Source: an uncultured Rhodospirillaceae bacterium (GTDB taxonomy: Bacteria > Pseudomonadota > Alphaproteobacteria > Rhodospirillales > UBA2165). Taken from it: a stretch of DNA of 64,000 nucleotides. The stretch is from assembly GCA_913020445.1 (NCBI GenBank), contig CAJWAR010000001.1, positions 141,242 through 205,241 on the forward strand, written 5' to 3'. The position numbers were made by a program, and so were the translations under genes. This document shows, piece by piece, positions 20,185-28,826 of this stretch; the first letter of the stretch is position 1; each line of letters begins with the position of its first letter. The notes beneath the pieces were generated by a model, which did no database searches, had not been told where the DNA came from, and saw nothing but the letters and a program-made list of their open reading frames with translations.

Positions 20185-21156
20185 ATGCGATTTCTTCAAC
20201 TGGTTTTATTGGGACTGATTGCAGGCCCGACACTGATTGGACCTATAGATGTCTTAGCCGAAGATCACCCGGCGTTTAGCCAAGGCAACGCCCAAACAAC
20301 AATTTCCGGTCTCATCAAATGCGGGGGTTGGCGATCGCGCCCAAGTGCAATTGGTGAGGTCACGGCGACAGATGGCAGCCGATGGACGGTGCCCGCCCGC
20401 GTGAATTATAAAAAATCCCTCTTTGCCGACGATCTTTATAATGGCTGCGGCGGCAAACAATATTCGAGCCTGCGGGATATCGATCTCAACAAAATTCCGA
20501 TCAGAACCCAAGCGGGCGGCAAGGAAGTTTTCACCGCCTATATTTTTGCCGACAATTATTTTGAATTTTATATCAATGGCATATTGCTGGGTGTCGACCC
20601 GGTGCCGTTTACGCCTTTCAACAGCAATATCATCAGGTTTACCGCAAAGCGGCCCTTCACCGTTGCCGCGATGCTGGTCGATTGGGAGGAGAATTTAGGG
20701 ATCGGCACTGAATCAAACCGGGGCGCCTCCCATCACCCGGGTGACGGCGGCTTCGTTGCGGTGATTAAAAATGCTCAAGGCGCGACGGTGGCAATTACCA
20801 ATAAAAGCTGGCGCGCCCAAACTTTTTATATTGCGCCGCTTGACGGTAAACGATGCCTCAAAATCACCGGCGGATTGCGCGACAGCCGGGCCTGTTCCAG
20901 TAGTACCCGGAACAGCGGAGACGGCCTACTGGCCGCGCACTGGCCGATCCCTGAAAACTGGGCAACTGCCCGCTTTGATGACCACGCGTGGCCTCAAGCA
21001 ACCACTTTTAGCAATGATACGGTTGGTGTCGATAATAAGCGATCTTATACCAACTTCGTTGAAATATTCGATGATCCAAAAACGGACGCTAAGTTCATCT
21101 GGTCGCCAAACCTTGTGCTCGACAATGTGGTCTTGGTGCGTAAAACCGTTAGGTAA
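20185..21156 (+). CDS. Secreted hypothetical protein (beta-rich, jelly-roll/CBM-like by eye)
   Basis: AAAGGAG RBS and a signal peptide (MRFLQLVLLGLIAGPTLIGPIDVLAED). Segments such as FADNYFEFYINGILLG and FIWSPNLVLDNVVLVRK are typical of galactose-binding-like beta-sandwiches. No confident family assignment. Confidence 0.55.
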   Translation: MRFLQLVLLGLIAGPTLIGPIDVLAEDHPAFSQGNAQTTISGLIKCGGWRSRPSAIGEVTATDGSRWTVPARVNYKKSLFADDLYNGCGGKQYSSLRDIDLNKIPIRTQAGGKEVFTAYIFADNYFEFYINGILLGVDPVPFTPFNSNIIRFTAKRPFTVAAMLVDWEENLGIGTESNRGASHHPGDGGFVAVIKNAQGATVAITNKSWRAQTFYIAPLDGKRCLKITGGLRDSRACSSSTRNSGDGLLAAHWPIPENWATARFDDHAWPQATTFSNDTVGVDNKRSYTNFVEIFDDPKTDAKFIWSPNLVLDNVVLVRKTVR

Positions 21157-21172
21157 CGTGTTATCAGAAAAA

Positions 21173-21496
21173 TTAGTCTTCAGGCCCGGTGCTGCGGACA
21201 ACTTCGGTAAGCTGAATGGCAAGCTTGTCTTCAACCACGACAACTTCCCCGCGGGCGACCAATTGCCGCTCGGCCCGGACATCAACCGGCTCGCCGATCA
21301 GGCGCTCAAGCTCAACGACGGCGCCACGGCCAAGTTGGAGTATTTGACTGACTTTTAGCTCAGCCGTACCCAATACCGCCACAATGTCGATATCGACGCC
21401 CATCACGGCGGCATCATCTATCTGTCCAAGGGCTTCGCCAATGGTTTTCGGCTCGTCATCCGGAGCTTGATCTGCTGGTACGTCTTCGTCTGCCAT
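21173..21496 (-). CDS. fliN: FliN/SpoA-domain protein (flagellar motor switch FliN-like)
   Basis: The C-terminal ~75 aa (VDIDIVAVLGTAELKVSQILQLGRGAVVELERLIGEPVDVRAERQLVARGEVVVVEDKLAIQLTEV) matches the SpoA/FliN fold, with an acidic N-tail. No other flagellar gene in the window. Confidence 0.75.
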   Translation of the reverse strand: MADEDVPADQAPDDEPKTIGEALGQIDDAAVMGVDIDIVAVLGTAELKVSQILQLGRGAVVELERLIGEPVDVRAERQLVARGEVVVVEDKLAIQLTEVVRSTGPED

Positions 21497-21586
21497 ATCA
21501 CCACTCTACGATCGGCTAACATTATAGCCGATTTTGTCTTTGAAGGACATATTTACAAAACAGAGGTTAGAGAGTGGTTAACGCGC

Positions 21587-21952
21587 TTAGGCGTCCCGTT
21601 TCAGCATGGGACCGAGTTTTTTGCCGCCAAAGATATGAACATGAAGGTGGTCGACTTCCTGCATGCCGTCATCGCCGATATTGGCGAGAATACGGTAGCC
21701 GGGCGAGGCAAGCTCTAATTGCCGCGCCACATTGCCAACAGCGCGGAAAAAGCCGGCAATCTCGGCATCGCTGGCCGAGCTGGTAAAATCATCCATCGAG
21801 ACATAGGCGGCTTTGGGGATCACCAAAACGTGGATTGGGGCCTGCGGATTGATGTCTTCGAAAGCCAGATTATGATCATCTTCATAGACTTTGGTGCAAG
21901 GAATCTCACCGCGGAGAATCTTGGCAAAAATATTTTCGTTGTCGTAAGCCAT
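21587..21952 (-). CDS. HIT family (histidine triad) nucleotide hydrolase
   Basis: HxHxHxx motif HLHVHIFGG, 121 aa, immediately downstream of hisE. Confidence 0.9.
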   Translation of the reverse strand: MAYDNENIFAKILRGEIPCTKVYEDDHNLAFEDINPQAPIHVLVIPKAAYVSMDDFTSSASDAEIAGFFRAVGNVARQLELASPGYRILANIGDDGMQEVDHLHVHIFGGKKLGPMLKRDA

Positions 21953-21968
21953 TGTTATTCCTCAATTA

Positions 21969-22289
21969 TCAGCGCGAATTTTTCTCGTCGATGCCGGACG
22001 TACCCTCACGGGCGGCGAGCTCTGCCCAGACATCTTCAGGCTTAATGCCGGCCTCCGCCCACAGCACCAGCAAATGATAGAGCAGATCAGCGCTTTCCGC
22101 CGTGATATTATCCGGCTCACTAAGCGCCGCGGTCATGGTTTCGACCGCTTCCTCGCCAACTTTGCGGGCAATTTCCGGCATCCCGGCAGCAAACAGTTTG
22201 GCTGTATAAGATGAAGACGCGTCGGCACCCTGGCGGCTTTCAATTACCGCATAAAGTCGCTCTAAAATATCGCTGTTATCGTTGCTCAT
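21969..22289 (-). CDS. hisE: Phosphoribosyl-ATP pyrophosphatase
   Basis: MazG-like HisE core (EEAVETMTAAL...DLLYHLLVLW). The likely start is MSNDNSDILERLY at 22289, not the track start 22316. Confidence 0.9.
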   Translation of the reverse strand: MSNDNSDILERLYAVIESRQGADASSSYTAKLFAAGMPEIARKVGEEAVETMTAALSEPDNITAESADLLYHLLVLWAEAGIKPEDVWAELAAREGTSGIDEKNSR

Positions 22290-22293
22290 AACT

Positions 22294-23052
22294 CTATTCC
22301 AATCGCACCGGCACACCGGCGGCCTGCATATAGGCTTTGGTTTCCTGGATACTATAGGTCCCGAAATGAAAAATCGAGGCTGCTAAGACCGCGCTGGCAT
22401 GACCTTCGGTAACGCCCTCCACCATATGATCAAGCGTGCCGACACCGCCGGACGCAATCACCGGGATCGGCACCGCATCGGCAATCGCGCGGGTAAGCTC
22501 GATATCGAAGCCGGATTTGGTGCCGTCCTTATCCATCGAGGTCAGCAAAATTTCGCCGGCGCCATAATCGGCCATGCGTTCGGCCCAGCCGATGGCTTCG
22601 ATGCCGGTTTCCTGGCGGCCACCATGGGTGAAAATCTCGAATTGATCACTTTTGCGTTTCGCATCAATGGCGACAACGATACATTGGCTGCCGAATTTAA
22701 GCGCCGCTTCCTGGACAAACTCCGGGTTTTTGATGGCGGCTGAATTGATCGACACTTTATCGGCGCCCGCTAACAGTAGTTTTCTTATGTCATCAACGGT
22801 CCGCACGCCGCCGCCGACTGTCACCGGCATGAAGCAATGTTCCGCTGTCTCGGCAACAACCTCAAAAATAGTGTCGCGATCTTCATGACTGGCTGTGATA
22901 TCCAAAAAAGTAAGTTCGTCAGCGCCCGCCGCATCATAAACCTTGGCTTGTTCAACCGGATCACCGGCATCGATAAGATCGACAAAGTTAACGCCTTTGA
23001 CAACGCGGCCTTTGTCAACGTCGAGGCACGGGATAATGCGCGTCTTAAGCAT
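22294..23052 (-). CDS. hisF: Imidazole glycerol phosphate synthase cyclase subunit
   Basis: Begins [12 protein letters not shown] and is a TIM-barrel HisF throughout. The true start at 23052 overlaps the hisA stop by 8 nt. Confidence 0.96.
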   Translation of the reverse strand: MLKTRIIPCLDVDKGRVVKGVNFVDLIDAGDPVEQAKVYDAAGADELTFLDITASHEDRDTIFEVVAETAEHCFMPVTVGGGVRTVDDIRKLLLAGADKVSINSAAIKNPEFVQEAALKFGSQCIVVAIDAKRKSDQFEIFTHGGRQETGIEAIGWAERMADYGAGEILLTSMDKDGTKSGFDIELTRAIADAVPIPVIASGGVGTLDHMVEGVTEGHASAVLAASIFHFGTYSIQETKAYMQAAGVPVRLE

Positions 23053-23788
23053 TATTATTCCCTTGCAGAAGCGCGACCGCTTGGGCGGGCTTAATCGCAC
23101 CGTCATAAACCGCCCGGCCAGAGATCGCCCCTTCGAGCAAATCACCGCCAGCTGTTTTTAACGCTTCCAGATCTTCCATCGATGACACCCCGCCCGACGC
23201 AATCACGGGTATGGATATTGCTTTAGCGAGCTCGATCGTCGCCTCGGTGTTGGGCCCGGCCATTAAGCCATCGCGGTCGATATCGGTATAGATGATCGCG
23301 GCAACGCCGGCGTCTTCAAATTTACGCGCCAGATCGAGAGCGGTGATTTCCGACACTTCCGCCCAGCCTTCAACCGCGACAAAGCCGCCTTTGGCATCAA
23401 TGCCGACGGCGATGCGACCGGGGAATTCTTTGCACGCTTCGTGCACCAGATCCGGGTCTTTCAAGGCCGCGGTACCCAAAATCACCCGGGTGATGCCTTT
23501 ATCCAGCCAGATTTCGATGGTGCCCAAATCACGCATACCGCCGCCAAGCTCAACTTTCATCTTGGTTGCTTCAAGAATGGCATCAACTGCATTGCCATTG
23601 ACCGGCTCGCCGGCAAAGGCACCGTTGAGGTCAACCACATGCAGCCAGGTACAGCCGGCGTCTTGGAATAATAAAGCCTGTGCCGCCGGGTCATCACCAA
23701 ACACGGTCGCCTGATCCATCTCGCCTCGGAGCAAGCGCACACATTGGCCGTCTTTAAGATCAATGGCGGGAAAGAAAATCATGCTCAT
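23045..23788 (-). CDS. hisA: 1-(5-phosphoribosyl)-5-[(5-phosphoribosylamino)methylideneamino]imidazole-4-carboxamide isomerase
   Basis: [19 protein letters not shown] start. ATGA overlap with the hisH stop. Confidence 0.95.
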   Translation of the reverse strand: MSMIFFPAIDLKDGQCVRLLRGEMDQATVFGDDPAAQALLFQDAGCTWLHVVDLNGAFAGEPVNGNAVDAILEATKMKVELGGGMRDLGTIEIWLDKGITRVILGTAALKDPDLVHEACKEFPGRIAVGIDAKGGFVAVEGWAEVSEITALDLARKFEDAGVAAIIYTDIDRDGLMAGPNTEATIELAKAISIPVIASGGVSSMEDLEALKTAGGDLLEGAISGRAVYDGAIKPAQAVALLQGNNNA

Positions 23789-24438
23789 AGCGGTTCTCCG
23801 TTCCATTTGAGAAAATTCTCGATAAACGCCAAGCCAAACTGCTGACTTTTTTCCGGGTGAAACTGGGTGCCGATCATATTGTCACGTCCCACCATCGCCG
23901 TCACCGGTCCACCGTAATCAACGCTGGCCAGCACCTGGTCATCATTGGCGGCGGCGAAGTGATAAGAATGGACAAAATAAGCATGCGCGCCGGGCTCAAA
24001 GCCCTGCAATACCGGATGTGTGCCGGCCTCAAATTCAAGCGCGTTCCAGCCCATATGAGGGATTTTTAGCGTCGCGTCGGCGGGCTCAATCTCAACAACC
24101 TCGCCCTCAATCCAGTTAAAGCCATCTGTTTCCCCATGCTCGCGGCCCAGCGTCGCCATCAACTGCATGCCGACACAAATGCCTAAGAAGGGTTTTTTCT
24201 GATCGATCACCTGCTCCGCCAGCGCTTCGATCATACCGGGCACGGAGCCGAGACCCGCTTTGCAATCGGCATAGGCGCCAACACCGGGCAGCACAATATG
24301 GCTGGCATCTTGAAGCGCCGCCGGGTCATTGGTCACCGACACATCTTCGACACTCGCATGCTCAAAAGCTTTAGCCGCCGAACGCAGATTACCCGAGCCA
24401 TAATCAATAATAACTGTCTTGCTATTTTTGGGGGCCAT
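23785..24438 (-). CDS. hisH: Imidazole glycerol phosphate synthase glutaminase subunit
   Basis: Class-I glutamine amidotransferase with nucleophile motif GICVGMQL and C-terminal HPEKS. Confidence 0.95.
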   Translation of the reverse strand: MAPKNSKTVIIDYGSGNLRSAAKAFEHASVEDVSVTNDPAALQDASHIVLPGVGAYADCKAGLGSVPGMIEALAEQVIDQKKPFLGICVGMQLMATLGREHGETDGFNWIEGEVVEIEPADATLKIPHMGWNALEFEAGTHPVLQGFEPGAHAYFVHSYHFAAANDDQVLASVDYGGPVTAMVGRDNMIGTQFHPEKSQQFGLAFIENFLKWNGEPL

Positions 24439-24852
24439 CTACCAAGGACCCCCGGCGCGATTTTTAAAACTCGCTGCGGGTGCAGCAGGCTGGGCCATTA
24501 AGTAGCGGGCGAGGGCGGTTTCTTTATTATTTGCCACCATCACCGCGCGTTCTTCAAAGCCCTGCTTGGCCAATTTGCGGCGGCGGAGATCATTCGCCGT
24601 CCAGCCGATAATCAACGCCAGTGCCAAAGACGCCGCCGATTGCACAAATTCATCACCGCCCGCCCGCGCCAACGTCCAGCCGAGCACAATATTGACAACA
24701 GCAAAGGCGATCGCCCAGAACCATAGGCGGTGCCACAAGGCCCAGATGACGGAAAAGAAAAAGCCCGGCCAACTGAAGCCTTCCTTAATCGGCACAACTT
24801 CGGCTGCCGCGTCTTTACTTTTTGACGGCTGATGTAAGGTATACATGCGCAT
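24439..24852 (-). CDS. DUF2628-type small membrane protein embedded in the his operon
   Basis: Two TM helices (WPGFFFSVIWALWHRLWFWAIAFAVVNIVLGW). Sits between hisB and hisH, as in many Alphaproteobacteria. Its stop abuts the hisH start (TAGATG). Confidence 0.7.
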   Translation of the reverse strand: MRMYTLHQPSKSKDAAAEVVPIKEGFSWPGFFFSVIWALWHRLWFWAIAFAVVNIVLGWTLARAGGDEFVQSAASLALALIIGWTANDLRRRKLAKQGFEERAVMVANNKETALARYLMAQPAAPAASFKNRAGGPW

Positions 24853-24880
24853 GGCTCGAAACTTCTAATTATTGTCAGGT

Positions 24881-25528
24881 CTAATTATCAGACAAAGTGC
24901 CTTTGGTCGATGGCACAGAATCGGCAGCCCGCTCGTCAATTGTTATCGCCTGACGAAGGGCGCGCGCCAGCGCTTTATAGCTTGATTCAATGATGTGGTG
25001 GTTGTTCTCACCATAAAAGTTTTCGACGTGCAGGGTCAGCCCGGCAGATTGCGCAAAGGCCTGAAACCATTCGCGGAACAGCTCAGTATCAAACTCGCCG
25101 ACCTTCGGACGTGAAAAACCAACCTTCCAAGTTAAGCTAGGCCGGTTCGAGCAATCCACCACGGCGCGGGTCAACGCTTCATCCAACGGACAGTGGGCAA
25201 CGCCAAAGCGGGTGATGCCCGCCCGATCGCCGAGCGCTTGCTTGACCGCTTCGCCGATGGCAATGCCGGTGTCTTCGGTGGTGTGGTGAAAATCAATGTG
25301 GGTATCGCCATTTGCTTTAACGGCAAGGTCCATCAGGCTGTGACGGGACAGCTGCTCCAACATGTGATCGAGAAAGCCGATCCCGGTTGAAACGTCATAG
25401 GTGCCGGTGCCGTCGAGATTGACGGTGACGTTAATCTGCGTCTCTTTGGTACTGCGCTCAACGCTGGCAATACGGTCATTTGGCCGAGACTTTGATTGGG
25501 CTGAAGTGCCCATGGTACTTACTCCCAT
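24881..25528 (-). CDS. hisB: Imidazoleglycerol-phosphate dehydratase
   Basis: IGPD motifs [16 protein letters not shown] and [17 protein letters not shown] ~7 nt before the ATG at 25528. Confidence 0.94.
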   Translation of the reverse strand: MGVSTMGTSAQSKSRPNDRIASVERSTKETQINVTVNLDGTGTYDVSTGIGFLDHMLEQLSRHSLMDLAVKANGDTHIDFHHTTEDTGIAIGEAVKQALGDRAGITRFGVAHCPLDEALTRAVVDCSNRPSLTWKVGFSRPKVGEFDTELFREWFQAFAQSAGLTLHVENFYGENNHHIIESSYKALARALRQAITIDERAADSVPSTKGTLSDN

Positions 25529-25726
25529 TGATTTCCTTTAGTAAAGTCGCGCTCTTGTAACAGGAACAATGGATTTTAGCTAGATTTTTACAATAAATAG
25601 TAAATATCTTAACCAAGCTCTCCATTGCCAGGACCTTTGCCTCAACCATTGCCTCAACCATTGACTGGGAGCCATTTAGAAACTACATCCCCCTAGCAAG
25701 TTTGAATCCTAAAAGGTTGAGGGACT

Positions 25727-26299
25727 ATGGCCAACACATACAGCCAAGACAGCAATTACCCCAACTGGCACGCGACGACCATCCTATGTGTTCGGAAAGG
25801 TTCCGAGGTCGTTGTCGCCGGCGACGGCCAAGTCAGCATGGGCGACACCGTGGTAAAATCCAATGCGATGAAAGTGCGCCGCCTCCACAATGATACAGTG
25901 ATTACGGGTTTTGCCGGTGCGACCGCCGATGCCTTTACGCTGTTCGAACGGCTTGAGGCCAAGCTCGATCAACACCCGGGCCAGCTGACCCGGGCTTGTG
26001 TTGAGCTTGCCAAAGACTGGCGGACCGACCGTTATCTGCGCCGCCTCGAAGCAATGATGGCCGTCGCGGATGAAAAAGTATCATTGATTGTTTCCGGCAC
26101 CGGAGATGTGCTGGAACCGGAAGACGGGCTGATCGGCATCGGCTCCGGCGGTAATTATGCTTTATCGGCTGCCCGCGCGCTGGCTGATCGTGATGATATG
26201 AGCGCCGAAGACATTGCCAGGCGCGCCATGGAAATCGCCGCCGGTATCTGCGTCTACACCAACGAAAATATTGTGATTGAAAAACTCGAATCGAAATGA
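25727..26299 (+). CDS. hslV: ATP-dependent protease subunit HslV
   Basis: Ntn-hydrolase with TTILCVRKG after a short propeptide. GAGGGA RBS. Confidence 0.96.
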   Translation: MANTYSQDSNYPNWHATTILCVRKGSEVVVAGDGQVSMGDTVVKSNAMKVRRLHNDTVITGFAGATADAFTLFERLEAKLDQHPGQLTRACVELAKDWRTDRYLRRLEAMMAVADEKVSLIVSGTGDVLEPEDGLIGIGSGGNYALSAARALADRDDMSAEDIARRAMEIAAGICVYTNENIVIEKLESK

Positions 26300-26306
26300 C
26301 ACCAAA

Positions 26307-27686
26307 ATGACAAGCGTTCCCTTAAGTGATACCAATTCAACCGTCGCCGCTACGCAGGCGAGCAAAAAACCGGCAACCTCGAGTTTCACGCCGCGGGAAA
26401 TAGTCTCCGAGCTTGATCGCTATATTATCGGCCAGAACGATGCCAAGCGTGCTGTCGCGGTGGCTTTAAGAAATCGCTGGCGGCGTCAGCAACTCGATGA
26501 TGATCTGCGCGAAGAAGTGCTGCCGAAAAACATTCTAATGATGGGCCCGACCGGCGTCGGTAAAACCGAGATCGCCCGCCGGCTCGCCAAGCTCGCGCAA
26601 GCACCCTTTATTAAAATTGAAGCGACTAAGTTTACCGAGGTTGGTTATGTCGGCCGGGATGTCGAATCGATCGTTCGCGATCTGATGGAAACCGCCATTC
26701 ATGAATGCCGGGAACGTTTACGTAAACAAGTGGTCGCCAAAGCTGAAATCCTGGCCGAAGAACGGGTACTTGATGCCCTGGTCGGTGATACGGCCTCCCA
26801 GGACACCCGCCAGAAATTCCGAAAAATGCTGCGCGAAGGCGAGCTCGACGATAAAGAAATTGAAGTCGAAGTGGTTGAAAGCAATGTTGGCGGTATGCCG
26901 ACATTTGATATTCCGGGCATGCCCGGGGCCCAGATGGGGATGCTCAATATCGGTGACATGATGGGCAAAGCCTTTGGCCAGCAGACGACACCGAAACGCA
27001 TGAGCGTATCGGATTCATATGAAATCCTGATGGATGAGGAAAGCGACAAGCTGCTGGATGAAGACCTCGTCATCAAAGAAGCAGCCGACCAAGTCGAAAA
27101 TAACGGCATCGTTTTCTTAGACGAAATCGATAAAATCACCGCGCGCTCCGATGCCCGGGGCGGCGATGTCAGCCGGGAAGGGGTGCAGCGTGATCTCTTA
27201 CCCTTGATCGAAGGCACCACGGTAACGACTAAATACGGCACCATTAAAACCGATCATATTCTGTTTATTGCCTCCGGCGCATTTCATTTGGCCAAGCCCG
27301 CTGATCTTTTGCCCGAACTGCAGGGCCGCCTGCCGATCCGGGTCGAGCTCCGAGCGCTTACCGAAGAAGATTTCGTCCGCATCCTGACCGAGCCCGAAGC
27401 AAGCCTGATCAAACAATATGTCGCCCTAATGGGCACCGAAGAAGTGACCCTTGATTTCACCGAAGAGGCCGTGCAGGAAATTGCCAAACTCGCCGCCGAG
27501 ATCAACTCGGTGGTCGAGAACATCGGCGCCCGGCGGCTTCATACAGTGATGGAAAAACTGCTGGAAGAGATCAGCTTCACGGCGACTGACCGCGGCGGCG
27601 ATACCGTCGTCATCGACGCTGCGCTGGTGCAGGAACGGGTCGGTGATCTGGTTAAGGGCGGTGACCTGACCAAGTTTATTTTGTAG
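26307..27686 (+). CDS. hslU: ATP-dependent protease ATPase subunit HslU
   Basis: [16 protein letters not shown] and Walker [19 protein letters not shown] at 26307 follows the hslV stop, whereas the track start 26277 (TTG) overlaps hslV. Confidence 0.96.
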   Translation: MTSVPLSDTNSTVAATQASKKPATSSFTPREIVSELDRYIIGQNDAKRAVAVALRNRWRRQQLDDDLREEVLPKNILMMGPTGVGKTEIARRLAKLAQAPFIKIEATKFTEVGYVGRDVESIVRDLMETAIHECRERLRKQVVAKAEILAEERVLDALVGDTASQDTRQKFRKMLREGELDDKEIEVEVVESNVGGMPTFDIPGMPGAQMGMLNIGDMMGKAFGQQTTPKRMSVSDSYEILMDEESDKLLDEDLVIKEAADQVENNGIVFLDEIDKITARSDARGGDVSREGVQRDLLPLIEGTTVTTKYGTIKTDHILFIASGAFHLAKPADLLPELQGRLPIRVELRALTEEDFVRILTEPEASLIKQYVALMGTEEVTLDFTEEAVQEIAKLAAEINSVVENIGARRLHTVMEKLLEEISFTATDRGGDTVVIDAALVQERVGDLVKGGDLTKFIL

Positions 27687-27722
27687 GGTTTTTGGATTCA
27701 GCCATAAGATTCAATGGGTTAT

Positions 27723-27758
27723 AAAAAAACACCTTGAATTTTCATTCAAGGTGTTTTA
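27723..27758. terminator. Bidirectional rho-independent terminator between hslU and the tRNA-like gene
   Basis: A 9-bp perfect stem CACCTTGAA / TTCAAGGTG (27730-27738 / 27745-27753) with a 6-nt loop, an A-run on the left and TTTT on the right. Confidence 0.75.
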
Positions 27759-27769
27759 GAGTTTAAAAG

Positions 27770-27846
27770 TGGTGACCCCGGGAGGATTTGGACCTCCAAC
27801 CTTCGGATTAGCGATCCGACGCTCTCTCCAGTTGAGCTACGGGGCC
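27770..27846 (-). tRNA. tRNA-like gene, 77 nt, formal anticodon GCU on a class-I Arg-like body. Atypical (C33, C55)
   Basis: The reverse complement folds as a cloverleaf: GGCCCCG-UA-GCUC-AACUGGAGA-GAGC-G-UCGGA-UCGCUAA-UCCGA-AGGUU-GGAGG-UCCAAAU-CCUCC-CGGGGUC-A-CCA. All four stems pair. The anticodon loop and T loop deviate from the canonical sequence (see findings). Confidence 0.6.
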
Positions 27847-27923
27847 AATTTGAGCAGTCTATTTCGGTTGGCAGTCTTGGATTAGCAACCTAGATTTCGA
27901 AATGTCTGCCTTCTTAGTTTATG

Positions 27924-27950
27924 CCCGTGAAAGATAAAATCTTTCGCGGG
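27924..27950. terminator. Stem-loop immediately 3' of the winged-helix ORF (possible terminator)
   Basis: An 11-bp stem CCCGTGAAAGA / TCTTTCGCGGG (one G-U) with a 5-nt loop. The only T-run is on the plus-strand side (27951-27960), so terminator function for the minus-strand gene is uncertain. Confidence 0.35.
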
Positions 27951-28466
27951 TTATTTTTTAACCATCACCTCAAACTCTTCGTCCTGTGCAACAATTCCTA
28001 CACCGTAATCGGGAATTCGATATACACCTCGCCTTATTCTTTCGAGCTTACCCATACCCGCTAAGCGACCAAGGATATTTCCCACTTGTTTCGCTCCCGG
28101 TTTAAGTCCCATTAGGTTTAATTTTTCTTGAATATCCTGAATGCTAAACGACTTTTTTGGTCTGGAACCCAAAAAATTCACGACGCCGCGATAAACATCA
28201 GTCCCAGATTCTGGTTTTGGCACGCGATTGGACTTAACCAGCTTTATTTCTTTTTCCAGCTTTTGCTTAGAAGATTCCGACAAACTTTCCCACAATGGTG
28301 AAATTACCGAGTCTATTTGGTTTAATTTTTCTTTAGCATGGTCGAGTTCGTCCCAAAGATCAGACACAACTTGTCGTTGCTCTTGGTATTCACTTAGTGC
28401 AGATATCAAGGCATTAAAATAGTTTTCGTCGGCAGATGGACGCGATTTTAACTTTAATTCAGCCAT
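27951..28466 (-). CDS. Hypothetical protein with a coiled-coil N-half and a C-terminal winged-helix DNA-binding domain
   Basis: AT-rich ORF. The ATG at 28466 (MAELKLKSRP) is preferred because the track start 28526 is a TTG inside the tandem repeats. The C-terminus ILGRLAGMGKLERIRRGVYRIP resembles the wHTH of AbiEi-type or other MarR-like proteins (by eye). Confidence 0.5.
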   Translation of the reverse strand: MAELKLKSRPSADENYFNALISALSEYQEQRQVVSDLWDELDHAKEKLNQIDSVISPLWESLSESSKQKLEKEIKLVKSNRVPKPESGTDVYRGVVNFLGSRPKKSFSIQDIQEKLNLMGLKPGAKQVGNILGRLAGMGKLERIRRGVYRIPDYGVGIVAQDEEFEVMVKK

Positions 28467-28474
28467 AATATTGA

Positions 28475-28531
28475 TCTTCAATTCTTCAATTTTTACATTT
28501 CCAACTATATTCCAACTATATTCCAACTATG
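28475..28531. repeat. Tandem direct repeats upstream of the winged-helix ORF: 3 x 11 bp (TTCCAACTATA) and 2 x 8 bp (TCTTCAAT)
   Basis: Read directly. TTCCAACTATA occurs at 28499-28509 and 28510-28520, and TTCCAACTATG at 28521-28531. TCTTCAAT occurs at 28475-28482 and 28483-28490. All lie 9-65 nt upstream of the ATG at 28466 (minus-strand sense). Confidence 0.75.
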
Positions 28532-28608
28532 AATCCAAATATTTTACTCAGAGTCGAGTCATTTTTTCAAATAATTGTAAGAATCTTGTGGATAACATTG
28601 GTTTAAAA

Positions 28609-28737
28609 CACCCCCACCTTAATCCTCCCCCATCAAGGGGGAGGAAAGCTGATGCAAAATCTCATCCGATGAAAATGGGGCTGGAACGCGAGAACCATAA
28701 GCCCCCCCCCTTAATGGGGGAGGGTTGGGTAGGGGTG
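28609..28737. repeat. MITE-like unit: two inverted copies of a ~36-bp G/C-tract palindromic element flanking a 57-bp core
   Basis: 28609-28644 reads CACCCCCACCTTAATCCTCCCCCATCAAGGGGGAGG. The reverse complement of 28702-28737 reads CACCCCTACCCAACCCTCCCCCATTAAGGGGGGGGGG. Each copy contains its own CCCCC-loop-GGGGG hairpin. A related tract lies at 29350-29380. Confidence 0.7.
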
Positions 28738-28826
28738 ACCCTTCATCCACTAGCCCCCGGACCTGCCTGCGCGGAGCTGCTGCAGAGTCAGATCAAACCC
28801 GGGGTGACGCAGAGGGTAAACCCGAT

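Noticed and set aside
27847-27923. Possible second tRNA fragment just 5' of the tRNA-like gene. In minus sense, GCTAATCC recurs and an ATTTCGAAAT palindrome resembles a T loop.
   Set aside because: The pieces do not assemble into any cloverleaf arm. The flanking bases are not complementary, and the 8-nt match can be chance.
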